64,000 bases of DNA from Octopus sinensis (GCF_006345805.1 NC_043021.1:21204001-21268000), one strand, 5' to 3'; shown: positions 51,656 to 64,000, counted from the first letter of the stretch. Translations and numbers: made by a program. The notes: generated by a model not told the origin, from the sequence alone.

Positions 51656-52760
51656 CTCTCTTTTACTCTTTTACTTGTTTCAGTCATTTGACTGCGGCCA
51701 TGCTGGAGCACCGCCTTTAGTCGAGCAAATCGACCCCGGGACTTATTCTTTGTAAGCCAAGTACTTGTTCTATCGGTCTCTTTTGCCTAACCGCTAAGTG
51801 ACGGGGATGTAAACACACCAGCTTCGGTTGTCAAGCAATGCAAGGGGGACAAACACAGACACACAAATACACACACACATATATATATATATATACATAT
51901 ATATGACAGGCTTCTTTCAGTTTCCGTCTACCAAATCCAGTACTTGTTCTATCGGTCTCTTTTGCTGAACCGCTAAGTGACGGGGACGTAAACACACCAG
52001 CTTCGGTTGTCAAGCAATGCAAGGGGGACAAACACAGACACACAAATACACACACACATATATATATATATATACATATATATGACAGGCTTCTTTCAGT
52101 TTCCGTCTACCAAATCCAGTACTTGTTCTATCGGTCTCTTTTGCTGAACCGCTAATGACGGGGACGTAAACACACCAGCATTGGTTATCAAGCAATGCTA
52201 GGGGGACAAACACAGACACACAAACACACACACATATATACATATATATGACATGCTTCTTTCAGTTTCCGTCTACCAAATCCAGTACTTGTTCTATCGG
52301 TCTCTTTTGCTGAACCGCTAAGTGACGGGGACGTAAACACACCAGCTTCGGTTGTCAAGCAATGCAAGGGGGACAAACACAGACACACAAATACACACAC
52401 ACATATATATATATATATACATATATATGACAGGCTTCTTTCAGTTTCCGTCTACCAAATCCAGTACTTGTTCTATCGGTCTCTTTTGCTGAACCGCTAA
52501 GTGACGGGGACGTAAACACACCAGCATTGGTTATCAAGCAATGCTAGGGGGACAAACACAGACACACAAACACACACACATATATACATATATATGACAT
52601 GCTTCTTTCAGTTTCCGTCTACCAAATCCACTCACAAGGCATTGGTCGGCCCGGGGCTATAGCAGAAGACACTTGCCCAAGATGCCATGCAGTGGGACTG
52701 AACCCGGAACCATGTGGCTGGTTGGCAAGCTACTTACCACACAGCCACTCCTGCGCCTAT
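51656..52760 (-). mobile_element. SINE family A with five-unit internal tandem array
   Basis: One head and one tail flank units starting at 51761, 51940, 52119, 52285 and 52464. Confidence 0.9.
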
Positions 52761-52910
52761 GCACATTTACATGCATGCATGTGTTTGTATAATAAGTTTT
52801 GACAAAGTCAAATTATACCCACCGAGGATTGGTCAATCGAAACCAAGAGTAGTAAATACTTGCCTGACTTTGCCACACGGTGTAATAAATCCGGAAACAC
52901 TATTTTTTTA

Positions 52911-53294
52911 GAAGCACTCTGTCGGTTACGACAACGAGGGTTCCGGTTGATCCGAATCAACGGAACAGCCTGCTCGTAAAATTAACGTGTAAGTGGCTGA
53001 GCACTCTACAGACACGTGTACCCTTAACGTAATTCTCGGGGATATTCAGCGTGACACAGAGAGTGACAAGGCCGGCCCTTTGAAATACAGGTACAACAGA
53101 AACAGGAAGTAAGAGTGAGAGAAAGTTGTGGTGAAAGAGTACAGCAGGGATCACCACCATCCCCTGCCGGAGCCTCGTGGAGCTTTAGGTGTTTTCACTC
53201 AATAAACACTCACAACGCCCGGTCTGGGAATCGAAACCGCAATCCTATGACCGTGAGTCCGCTGCCCTAACCACTGGGCCATTGCGCCTCCACT
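52911..53294 (-). mobile_element. SINE family B with 11-bp TSD
   Basis: TSD ggaaacactat at 52893-52903 and 53298-53308. Confidence 0.9.
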
Positions 53295-54185
53295 CCTGGA
53301 AACACTATATGGCTACACTGTGAACTTCTTAACCAAACAGGTAGGACAGAAACTTTGTCCAATAAAGAGTAAAATATTTTGTATGTATGGAGTTCAGAAG
53401 TCTTTGTAGCTGTGCTACATATTATTTTTACAGACTAAATGTCATGTTTACAGACTTTGTTTTTTTTTATTCTGACTGAGAAAAAAACTGAAGTTATTTT
53501 TTCCCAATAAAAGACAGAAGACAGCCGCTTGTTAGCTTTCCATTGCTTTTTCATACTGAAGGTCTCTCATAAACATTATGTATTTATATATTTTTGGTGC
53601 TATGTTTTATAATTCTATATTGGTGCCTACGTTAGAAGCTATTATTATTATTATTATTGCTATTATTGTTTCTGACTCCTGAGGACTATTTTCTTAATTA
53701 AACTGCTTTTTATGTAATATCCGTGAAAGAAACAGTTTTCATTTCATTTTGCTTCTATAAATCAATGCAAGCGACATGTTCCTCCCTGTCAAGATAAACA
53801 TGCTGAAAATAGATATGTAATAGATGTAATAGATACATCATTAGCCATGTAGTTATAGAGGTTTGTCTAGTAACCACGTTGTTCTGGGTTCAAACTTATT
53901 GCATACTGGGCAAGTGTGAACTGGAACCCAGGGTTGACCAGTCTCTTGTCAGTGAAATTTGTAAGATAGAAATATTTCAGACGCTCTTCACGTGTGTACG
54001 TGATATCATCATTATCAGCAGCATTGTTTACTGCATCGACTTTTCCATGCCTGCATGGGTCAGATAAAACTTGCAGCATGTTTTTCCACAGTTGGATGCT
54101 CTTCCTGCCTCCTAACCCCTTACCTGTTTCCAAGCAAAGTAATACTTCTACCAGTTCTTTAAGCGACAAACAGCTCAATAAATGT

Positions 54186-55725
54186 ATATATACATACACA
54201 CACATAGACTCATAATACAGCTTTGTGTGTGTGTGTGTGTGTATGCATGTAAAACAACAGGAATTGAAGGTTGAAATATTAGTCATTATAATGTAATGCC
54301 GAAGACATTTGTCTCAAATGCAACAGAGATTGATATAAGCAAGGTTAAAAGTAGTCATTTAATACTTTCCCAACTTAACCTGCAGATTCTAGGAAATGAT
54401 CTTATAATACAGTGTAAGCCAATCATAAATAAAATGGGCCTCTGTATTCAGTTGTTTGATCAATGAGCAACCAACTCATAAAATTAGCAATGTGGCTGAA
54501 CAATCTATGATCTGTAACCCCTTGGCATAATTTTCAGGTAGGCTCTCTGGTAAAAAAAAATTTACTTCCTAACCAGACAGTTTCAAGTTCGGTCCCACTA
54601 CATGGGGCCTTGAACAATATTCATACAAGAAGTGTCATTCATACAAGCGGTGTCATTTACAGACAAACGATCCCCTTTGTAAGAAAGCTGACCTTGTTCA
54701 GTGTCAATATACAAACTATCAAGACAGGAGGAAGTCATACACACAAGTTCACTCATACACCAACACACACAAGCATACACTAACACACTTGCATATACAA
54801 CAGGCTTCTTATAGTATCCCTCTATCAAAATAATTCACAAAGCGCTGGTTGACCCAGGGCTTTAGAAGGTGCCATGCAGTGGGACTGAATCTAGACCACA
54901 TGGTTGAGAAGCTTGCTTCTGTAACTCACACGCATGTTTAACCCATTTGTTACTGTATTTATTTTTAGATGCTCTGTGTTTCTTTCAATTACTTTAAATA
55001 TAACAAAGAATTTAGTAAAATAACTTGGTTATCATTAAGCTAGTGTTAGGTACATAAATTGTGATTAAGGTTTGGTGGAAGATTTTAATTCAAACCTTAT
55101 GAAAACAAGACATTTGTCCTCGGAGCCAGAGCCTGTTTCAGCCGGGTTAGTAACGAAAGGGTTAAGGATGTGATTTGTAGGAAATTTGGATGGTACTTTT
55201 AGTAGTGCCTTTAGCCACATGATACCATTTTAGGATCATGGCTTTTATTTATTTTACATATAAAGGGGCTAGTGGGATAAATTTGAATAGCTAATGTTTT
55301 TCAAACTTTAGAAACATGACACGCATTATATTTAGGATGAACTGAAAAAGTTGATTGCTCAAGGCCCCGTGTAGTGGGACCGAACTTGAAACTGTCTGGT
55401 TAGGAAGTAAATTTTTTTGACCAGAGAGCCTACCTGAAAATTATGCCAAGGGGTTACAGATCATAGATTGTTCATCCACATTGCTAATTTTATGAGCTGG
55501 TTGCTCATTGATCAAACAACTGAATACAGAGGTCCATTTTATTTATGATTGGCTTACACTGTATTATAAGATCATTTCCTAGAATCTGCAGGTTAAGTTG
55601 GGAAAGTATTAAATGACTACTTTTAACCTTGCTTATATCAATCTCTGTTGCATTTGAGACAAATGTCTTCAGCATTACATTCTAATGACTAATATTTCAA
55701 CCTTCCGTTCCTGTTGTTTTACATG

Positions 55726-55768
<43 letters not shown>

Positions 55769-55805
55769 CTGTATTATGAGTCTGTGTGTGTGTGTATGTA
55801 TATAT
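54186..55805. repeat. Inverted duplication, arms ~54186-54618 and ~55354-55805
   Basis: Long near-identical reverse-complement arms with a ~735-bp spacer. Confidence 0.9.
54942..55161. mobile_element. piggyBac-like MITE family 2
   Basis: TTAA at 54938-41 and 55162-65; similar to the 63209 and 63460 copies. Confidence 0.85.
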
Positions 55806-56290
55806 GCATACATACATGTTTGAGTGTGTGTATATATACACACACACTCACACGTTTATATATACATACATAAAAGTGTGTATGTATATATATATATATA
55901 TATATATATTAAAATGTGTATATACACACACATACACGTGTGTGTATATATGTGTATGTAAATATATGTACACATATAGTTGTGTGTGTGTATATATATA
56001 TATTAAAATGTGTATATACACACACATACACATGTGTGTGTATATATGTGTATGTAAATATATGTACATATATAGTTGTGTGTGTGTATGTATATGTATA
56101 TACACACATACATACATGTGTGTATATATATATATATGCACACATGTATATATATATACACATATATATATATATATATATACATACACGTGTGTATATA
56201 TATGTGTATTTGTATGTATACATACATATGTATATTTATACATAGTTGTGTGTGTATATATATGCATCTATATATATATATATATATATT
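55790..56290. repeat. Compound TA/TG/CA microsatellite with longer repeat units
   Basis: Direct inspection. Confidence 0.9.
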
Positions 56291-57824
56291 AATTTAGTTA
56301 TATGTTTATATTCCTGTCATAATTTGCTTTGCTTAGATAGCAAAAATGTCTTCATTCAATTGTATTAATGTTGTTCAATTGTATCGTTATCAATTTTACT
56401 GTCTGTCTTATTGCATACATCACTCAAACCTTTCAAGAGAGGTGAGGGAATATTTCCAGTTTACTACTGATCTCGTAAAAAACGAAACAAAAAAAAAAAA
56501 ACTAAAACAAAAAACAAAGGAAAAGACAAAAAAAGAAATGAGTAAAATAAACAACAGAAAAAAAATTGAATTATCCTGCTTTTAGTTTCCACAATTTGTT
56601 TTTTTTTATCCGTTCTTTTTTTTTTTTTTGTTTTGCCTCTCAAACAAAGAATAAAAGATAAACTCAATAACATTCAGAAATATCTTAGTATTATGTCACT
56701 GTTCCAATATTGATTTAAGAGCCAAAATGTTCTTGCTGCTTTGGTGTTCCATTTCCATCTGTGGAATCTCTTCCTTTGACCAAACATCAGAATGAAATGA
56801 ACTATCTTTTGCCGAGTTTCCAAGTGTTGTGTTTTATTGACGAAGCTTACACCATAACACTGATATATCTACTGGGACAGTTTTTATATTAACTTTATCC
56901 TTTGTCATCAGTTGTTCTAGGTTCTCCATGTTCCCCCATTTTCTCCTCAATTCTTTCTCTCTCTCTTAATCTCTCCTCCTCTTCCTCCCCTCTCACCCCC
57001 TCCTCTCTTTAATAAAGTCATTCATATGCTATCACCTTTTGCAAGGCCATGTAGGGCACTGAAGCAATATTTTTGAAGACTTTCAATGAGCTTTTTCTTT
57101 TTATTCTTTTCTTTCTTTTACAAGAGGAGTGTCTTAATGGTTAGGTTGTTACACTTCCCTCTCTCTCTCTCTCTTTCGGAGAGGCACTGAGCAGCTATAC
57201 GCACACATACACACACGGCAGTAACATCCACCTACCGAATTCAATCACAAAGCTTCGGTCAGCTCGGAGCTATAGCGGAAGACACCTAACCAAAGTGCCA
57301 CACAGTGGGACTGAACCCAAAACCATGTAGTTGGGAAGCAAGCTCCCTAACTACACAGCCATACGATTGCAAAATCACGGTTTCAATTCTTGTATTCTTG
57401 AGCAAATCACTGTGTTCTTGAGTGAATCACTTCATTTCACATTCAACTGTAAATATGTAACCCTGTGATAGACTGGCATCTGGTTCATAAGGAATGTTGT
57501 GATCATGGATACTTAAATGTCATGGAAACTGGTAACTGGCCCCACGAATCCTAGGACTTGAGACAATGGCATCCAGGGGCTGATGATGTTGAGGTGAATG
57601 CTTACAGTGACACAACCTACAAATGTCCAAATGAAATGAGAATAGTTGAGGCAAGACAAGATGAACTGATACTATTTAGCCCCGAGTCAACTCTGAGTAA
57701 ATGTCTTATTATAGCTTTGTGTAAATGCAATAAGTGTGTGTGTGTGTGTGCACGTGCACATATGATGCTTCCGTATGCATGTTTGCTTGTGTGAGTATGT
57801 TTGTGCATGTGTCTGATTATAAAT

Positions 57825-58095
57825 ACATAAAAAGCACCATCTGATCGTGACCGTTGCCAGCCTCGCCTGGCCTCCGTGCCAGTGGCACATAAAAAGCACC
57901 ATCCGATCGTGGCCGTTGCCAGCCTCATCTGGCACCTGTGACTACACTCATGGAGTGGTTGGTGTTAGGAAGGGCATCCAGCCGTAGAAACATTGCCAGA
58001 TCAGACTGGACCTTGTGCAGCCTTCTGGCTTCCCAGACCCCAGTTGCACCGTCCAACCCATGCCAGCATGGAAAGCGAACGCTAAACGATGATGA
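57825..58095 (+). mobile_element. Family D (RTE-type 3' end) fragment
   Basis: aaaagcaccat units; ends gctaaacgatgatgatg. Confidence 0.8.
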
Positions 58096-59085
58096 TGTAT
58101 GTGTTTGTCTTTTTGAGTGTGGAGGTAACTACACACTGTGTGAGTGCATGCATATTTCTCTATGACTGTGCGAACACGTTTGTGCGTGTGCGTATGTTTG
58201 ATTACATGTATACATGTGTGTGTACAAAGGTGACTACTGTGTGTGCGTATGTGTGCACGATATAGGCTGGTGTGAGAAGTGTGATGCTACAGCCATGACA
58301 ATAGTAGTCTTCCTTTTATTTTTATGCATATGTGGGCTATCATTTATGGCTATATCATCAAATGTAGCTTTCTATATTCTTTTTAACCTTGTAATAGCTA
58401 AATTATCAAGATGCAGGGCCAAACATATTTATTGGCTTTTTTCAGTATATTTGATAGGGAGGAGTGTAGCTGATGTAAAAAGTTTTCTTATGTATACCAA
58501 AAAGGATCAAAGGTCCTTTTCGGTTTCCCTGATTCTGTGGCATATATATTCTCCCTCTGGACTGAACACTGATCTGTCACAGGATTACTCATTTAGTTAG
58601 CTGTGTGTATGGCAGCAGCATGAAATGAAAGAATTTTGCTCAAGAGCACAATACATCACCTGGTCCAGGAATCAAGATCACAATCTGATGATCATGAGTG
58701 CTACATCCTACCTACTAAGTGTGTGGCATATATATATATATATATATATACGATAATAGCAGTCATATCTCTGGCAAATCACATCTGATCCCACTTAATC
58801 ATCTGTTCCTTCATCTTTCCCTTTCAGTATGTTATCTATTGATTTAAAGCTTTATCAGAACTCATACCTGGGGCCCTCCCATACCCGCTGCATGCATAAC
58901 TGCACATTTATGTGGTCACATGTAAACAGACACACACATACACACACACACACACAGCTACACAGCACACACATGAATCTGAAACACTAACTATTCTGAG
59001 TAGATTATAGTTACATACACGTATTTGCAAACACAGGTAACTGCACACAAATTTATTCACATCTGTATTCACATATACAGCCAGC

Positions 59086-59148
<63 letters not shown>

Positions 59149-59152
<4 letters not shown>

Positions 59153-59340
59153 GATCTTTAGCCCCTACACGCAATTTTTTTCTCTCCTTGTTTCTTTACT
59201 GTGTATCTTTCTGTCGAAGAGCGTAGGCTCGAAACGTAAAAGACTTGTTTTATTTCTGTTCCTGAGCGCCATACTAATACATTATTTGTTTGTACTCCAC
59301 CTGCCTTCGTCTTTTGTTTATTTTCGTAAACCTTCCGTTA
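59149..59340 (+). mobile_element. Hammerhead-bearing Penelope-like short element within (TA)n
   Basis: Long TA runs on both sides; hammerhead-like motif at 59206-59243; second copy at 44 kb. Confidence 0.7.
59206..59243 (+). ncRNA. Minimal type I hammerhead-like motif with variant core (CUGUCGA)
   Basis: TCTTT/AAAGA helix I, CTGTCGA-A, GAGC/GCTC helix II, GAAAC-GTA with palindromic ACGT. Confidence 0.6.
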
Positions 59341-59346
59341 TATATA

Positions 59347-59405
<59 letters not shown>

Positions 59406-59576
59406 TGTGGCTGTGTGGTAAGAAGCTTGCTTCCCAACCACATGGTTCTAGATTCAGTCCCACTGCATTGCCCCTTGGGCAAGTGCCTTCTACTATAGCC
59501 TCGGGCTGACCAAAACCTAGTGAGTGGATTTGGTAGATGGAAACTGAAAGAAGCCCATTCTACATATATATATATA

Positions 59577-59810
59577 TATAAATACAGTGTACATTTAAAC
59601 ACATATCAGGTATCCATCATAGGATTCCTTGCACGCTAGAGGGAACAGCTAAAGTCCAAACCACTGTTAGGTGTATATGTATACATGTGTGCACATGTGT
59701 GTGTGTGTGCATATACCTTATATTGGTTTGGACTTTAGCTGTTCCTTCTAGCATGCAAGGAATCCTATGATGGATACCCCTTATGTGCTTAAATGTACAC
59801 TGTATTTATA
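59577..59810. mobile_element. Fold-back MITE-like element, 87-bp arms
   Basis: Arms 59577-59663 and 59724-59810 with about 6 mismatches; TA flanks; follows the 5' half of a family A SINE. Confidence 0.75.
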
Positions 59811-59959
59811 TGAATAATATATAGTCTATTGACTAATTTTTCTACACGCTAGGCCACAGGTAGTAAAAATTTCTAAAATCTTTATTACCCTGATATTATT
59901 AATTATCTGAACCACCTATTGATCCCCTCCATTTTCTTATTGCTCTCTCTCTCTCTCTC

Positions 59960-59966
59960 TGTATAT

Positions 59967-60031
<65 letters not shown>

Positions 60032-60400
60032 TATGTATGTATAAATATGTATGTATGTATATATGTATGTATGTATATATATATGTATGTATATGCATGT
60101 ATGTATGTATATGTATGTATGTATGTATGTATATGTATGTATGTATGTATATATATGTATGTATATGTATGTGTATGTATAGATATATGTATGTATATGT
60201 ATGTGTATGTATAGGTATATGTATGTATATGTATGTGTATATATATATATATGTATGTATGTATATATATTTACACATACATATACTTGCACTTATGCTC
60301 ACACATATACCCCTGACACACATATATCCAACTAATCTGATCAACCCATAACTACATGCACACATGCACACATGCACACATGTATACATATACACTGACT
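59960..60400. repeat. (TATG)n/(TA)n microsatellite region
   Basis: Direct inspection. Confidence 0.9.
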
Positions 60401-61029
60401 AAAACATACAGAGAGATACGACCATACACAAATAAATGGACAGTTGACAGTGATTGACTGCTTTAAGTGTCTGTGATGTTACTGTCACCTGTAGTGTCAC
60501 ACTTCTGACACCTGTCTCTTTTACGCGCACATGCATGCGTGCAGTACTTACCTTGGTACTGAAAAAGTCATGCATATGTATACACACAGTCAAGCATATG
60601 CACATGTGCAAACATGTGTTCCCACAGTCATACAGAAATGTGCATGCACTCGCACGCTGTGTAGTCACCTCCGTACTGAAAAAGACAGACACGCACGTGT
60701 ACTTATAATCACACATACGCACATGCACAGACATGTGTTTCTGTGCTCACACATTCTCACACAAACAAGCATTCATGCAAAAGCATCATACTTGCACACA
60801 CACACACACACACACAAGTAAATAAATAAATAAATGGAGTTTAACACAGGCATAATTCAAATACTTATATATTATACAAAGAATTCCATGTAAACCCGAA
60901 GTTTCTACCTTTAAAAACAAGGAGTTACAACCTCTTGTGTGATTTTTTTTGCTACCCTGGTAACTATCTATTTTTTCTGTGTTAATTGTTGACAAGGAAA
61001 AAATGCACTATATATATATATATATATAT

Positions 61030-61192
61030 ATAGGTGCAGGAGTGGCTATGTGGTAAGTAGCTTGTCTACCAACCACATGGTTCGGGGTTCAGTCCCACTG
61101 TGTGGCACCTTGGGCAAGTGTCTTCTACTATAGCCTTGGGCCGACCAAAGCCTTGTGAGTGGATTTGGTAGACGGAAACTGAAAGAAGCCTG

Positions 61193-61231
<39 letters not shown>

Positions 61232-61443
61232 CTTGTGTGTGTTTGTGTGTCTGTGTTTGTCCCCTAGCATTGCTTGACAACCAATGCTGGTGTGTTTATG
61301 TCCCCGTTACATAGCGGTTCGGCAAAAAGACTGATAGAATAAGTACTGGGCTTACAAAAGAATAAGTCCCAGGGTCGAGTTGCTCGATTAAAGGCAGTGC
61401 TCCAGCATGGCCGCAGTCAAATGACTGAAACAAGTAAAAAAAA
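61030..61443 (+). mobile_element. SINE family A
   Basis: Full-length copy. Confidence 0.9.
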
Positions 61444-61465
61444 ATATATATATATATATATATCT

Positions 61466-61640
61466 ATAAGGCGCAGGAGTGGCTGTGTGGTAACTAGCTT
61501 GCTAATCAACCACATGGTTCCGGGTTCAGTCCCACTGCGTGGCACCTTGGGCAAGTGTCTTCTACTATAGCCTCGGGCTGACCAATGCCTTGTGAGTGGA
61601 TTTGGTAGACGGAAACTGAAAGAAGCCTGTCGTATATATG

Positions 61641-61677
<37 letters not shown>

Positions 61678-61874
61678 GTTTGTGTGTTTGTGTTTGTCCC
61701 CCTAGCATTGCTTGACAACCGATGCTGGTGTGTTTACGTCCCCGTCACTTAGCGGTTCGCCAAAAGAGACTGATAGAATAAGTACTGGGCTTACAAAAGA
61801 ATAAGTCCCAGAGTCGAGTTGCTCGATTAAAGGCGGTGCTCCAGCATGGCCGCAGTCAAATGACTGAAACAAGT

Positions 61875-61878
<4 letters not shown>
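61466..61878 (+). mobile_element. SINE family A, directly behind the previous copy
   Basis: Full-length copy separated by a short TA run. Confidence 0.9.
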
Positions 61879-61920
<42 letters not shown>

Positions 61921-62324
61921 TAAAAATGCATACGGACATATACACACAAACACAAATTCACTCATCAGATACATACATGTATATAAGCACACACATATGG
62001 ACATATGTATAGAGACATGCACATGTGTGCACATGCATTAGGGAAGTGTGCAGTAATGTCATGGTTCTCAAGTTTGTTGATTAGCAATTATATAATTACA
62101 AAGGCTACAAGGATAAATGCGTGGTTATAATGACCACAGACATAACTTTGTGGTCATAACAGCTACAGCATTGCTGTGTGGTTACAATAAATACATAGTG
62201 CTGGTGTGGCTGTAAGAAGCTTGCTTCTGAACTGCATGATTCTAGGTTCAATCCTGCTGCGGGGCATCTTGGGCAAGTGTCTTCTACTATGGCCTCGGGC
62301 CGATCAAAACCTTGTGATTGGATT

Positions 62325-62380
<56 letters not shown>

Positions 62381-63208
62381 GGTATGTGCATGTGTGTGCA
62401 TATGTATATATGAGTATATATACACGTGTGTGTATGTATATGTGGGTGTGTTATATATATATGTGTGTGTGTGTCTATATATAAAGATATATGGCAGATG
62501 TGGTGTTTACGTATATACACACTGTATACATAAATAACAGGAGCATGTATATGTGTGTGTGTGTCTATCTGTCAGTCTTTGTGTATGTGTCCCCCCACCA
62601 CTGCTTGACAACCGGGGTTGGTTTGTTTACATCCCCATAACTTAACAGTTCAGTAAAAGTGACCAATATAAAAAGCACCAGGCTTAGAAAGTAAGTACAG
62701 GAGTCGATTTGTTCAAGTAAATCCTTCAAGGTGGTGCTCCAGCATGGGCACAGTCGTATGACTAAAAGAAGTAACAGGTAACAGGTAATAAAAATTGTTC
62801 AAAGGAAGTATTTAAATAACTATTGTACATATGTTTCCATAATAGATATTTATACAATAAATATCTATCATTTCACTGGCAACTGAAGTCTAAACAAATG
62901 TTTAAAATGAAATAAAATATAATGTTTATTATTACACATTGACAACTACAAACCATTTAGTTTAATGTGTGTGTCTGTGTGTGAATTTGTATGCATTTGA
63001 TCATTATTGGTATTACAAATGTCAACAGTGAGTTGAAAATTAGTAGAAAGTGCTTCCATGGTTTGTGTGCTATCACTGGCTTTAGAGGTGGTTGGATGAC
63101 TCGTTTGAACTGTAGTTGTTGACAAATGCTTCTTAAGGTTTTTTCCCCGCGAATCTAATTGTGTTACTGTTATTGGTTTATGAAAATTGTTTTGTGCAAG
63201 CTGTTTAA

Positions 63209-63428
63209 CCCTTTTGTTACCATATTTCTGTTGAGATGCTCTGTGTTTCTTTCAATTACTTTAAATATAACAAAGAATTTAGTAAAATAACTTAGTTATC
63301 ATTCAGCTAGTGTTAGGAACATAAATTGTGACTTAGGTTTGGTGGAAGATTTTAATTGAAAACTTATGAAAACAAGACATTTGTACTCAGAGCCAGAGCC
63401 AGTTTCAGCTGGGTTGGTATCGAAAGGG
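63209..63428. mobile_element. piggyBac-like MITE family 2
   Basis: TTAA at 63205-08 and 63429-32; 220 bp. Confidence 0.9.
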
Positions 63429-63459
63429 TTAAGAATTGTTTCTCTATTATATATTTTAA

Positions 63460-63679
63460 CCCTTTTGTTACCATATTTCTGTTGAGATGCTCTGTGTTTC
63501 TTTCAATTACTTTAAATATATCAAAGAATTTAGTAAAATGACTTAGTTATCATTCAGCTAGTGTTAGGAACATAAATTGTGACTAAGGTTTAGTGGAAGA
63601 TTTTAATTGAAAACTTATAAAAACAAGACATTTGTACTCAGAGCCAGAGCCGGTTTCAGGCGGGCTGGTAACGAAAGGG
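63460..63679. mobile_element. piggyBac-like MITE family 2 (adjacent copy)
   Basis: TTAA at 63456-59 and 63680-83; 220 bp. Confidence 0.9.
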
Positions 63680-64000
63680 TTAAATGAGAAATTTTAAGTA
63701 AATATTTCCGTATTTGTTTCATTTCTAAAAAAAGGAACTTTTTTCGTTTGTCACAAAAACTCATGCCTTTAATTTAACCGAAGATAATTTGCATTCATTG
63801 AGAGTAATGTTAGAATATAGAGCATAGTTGTTCAGTGTCATGAAAAAGATATAGTACCTGCTATCATCATCATCATCATCATAATGCCCACTTTTCCATA
63901 CTTGAATGAGTCACATGGAATTTGTTGATGCAGGTTTCCTATAACCAGATGGCTTACCTGTTGCCTACCCTCACCTGTTTCCATGTAAAGTAATATTTCC

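Noticed and set aside
51761-52630. CRISPR-like array
   Set aside because: Eukaryotic context, units of 166-179 bp without unique spacers, no cas genes
58214-58600. 128-aa ORF with a hydrophobic stretch
   Set aside because: Starts in a TG repeat, has no recognisable domain, and has no supporting splice context
540-61718. Recurrent MSSNARGTNTDTQ, MTTDAGVFTSP and MVVIPAVLFHH ORFs
   Set aside because: They are translations of non-coding SINE A and B copies, not a gene family

Overview
AT-rich, microsatellite-saturated eukaryotic DNA with no gene I can confidently call; it looks intronic or intergenic. The repeat families resemble those I recall from Octopus-type cephalopod genomes (inference, not a database result). 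Most of the window is tRNA-derived SINEs (labelled families A, B, C, E here), decayed LINE 3' ends (RTE, BovB-like, CR1-like, RLE-type), decayed Tigger and Tc1 transposases, and MITEs (piggyBac-like TTAA, hAT, mariner, Tigger). The most notable signal is six short elements ending at or embedded in (TA)n, from about five unrelated sequence families, each folding into a type I hammerhead-ribozyme motif with a palindromic helix III. Two carry fold-back inversions, one a perfect 166-bp palindrome. This pattern fits non-autonomous Penelope-like (pseudo-LTR) or retrozyme-like elements. Other oddities: an A-A-B-A-B tandem array inside a SINE, a ~440-bp inverted duplication, an 83-bp flank shared by two SINE copies, and GGTA-anchored target duplications. 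Nearly all ORF-track entries are repeat artefacts. Repeat boundaries were read by eye and are approximate (about 10-20 bp).
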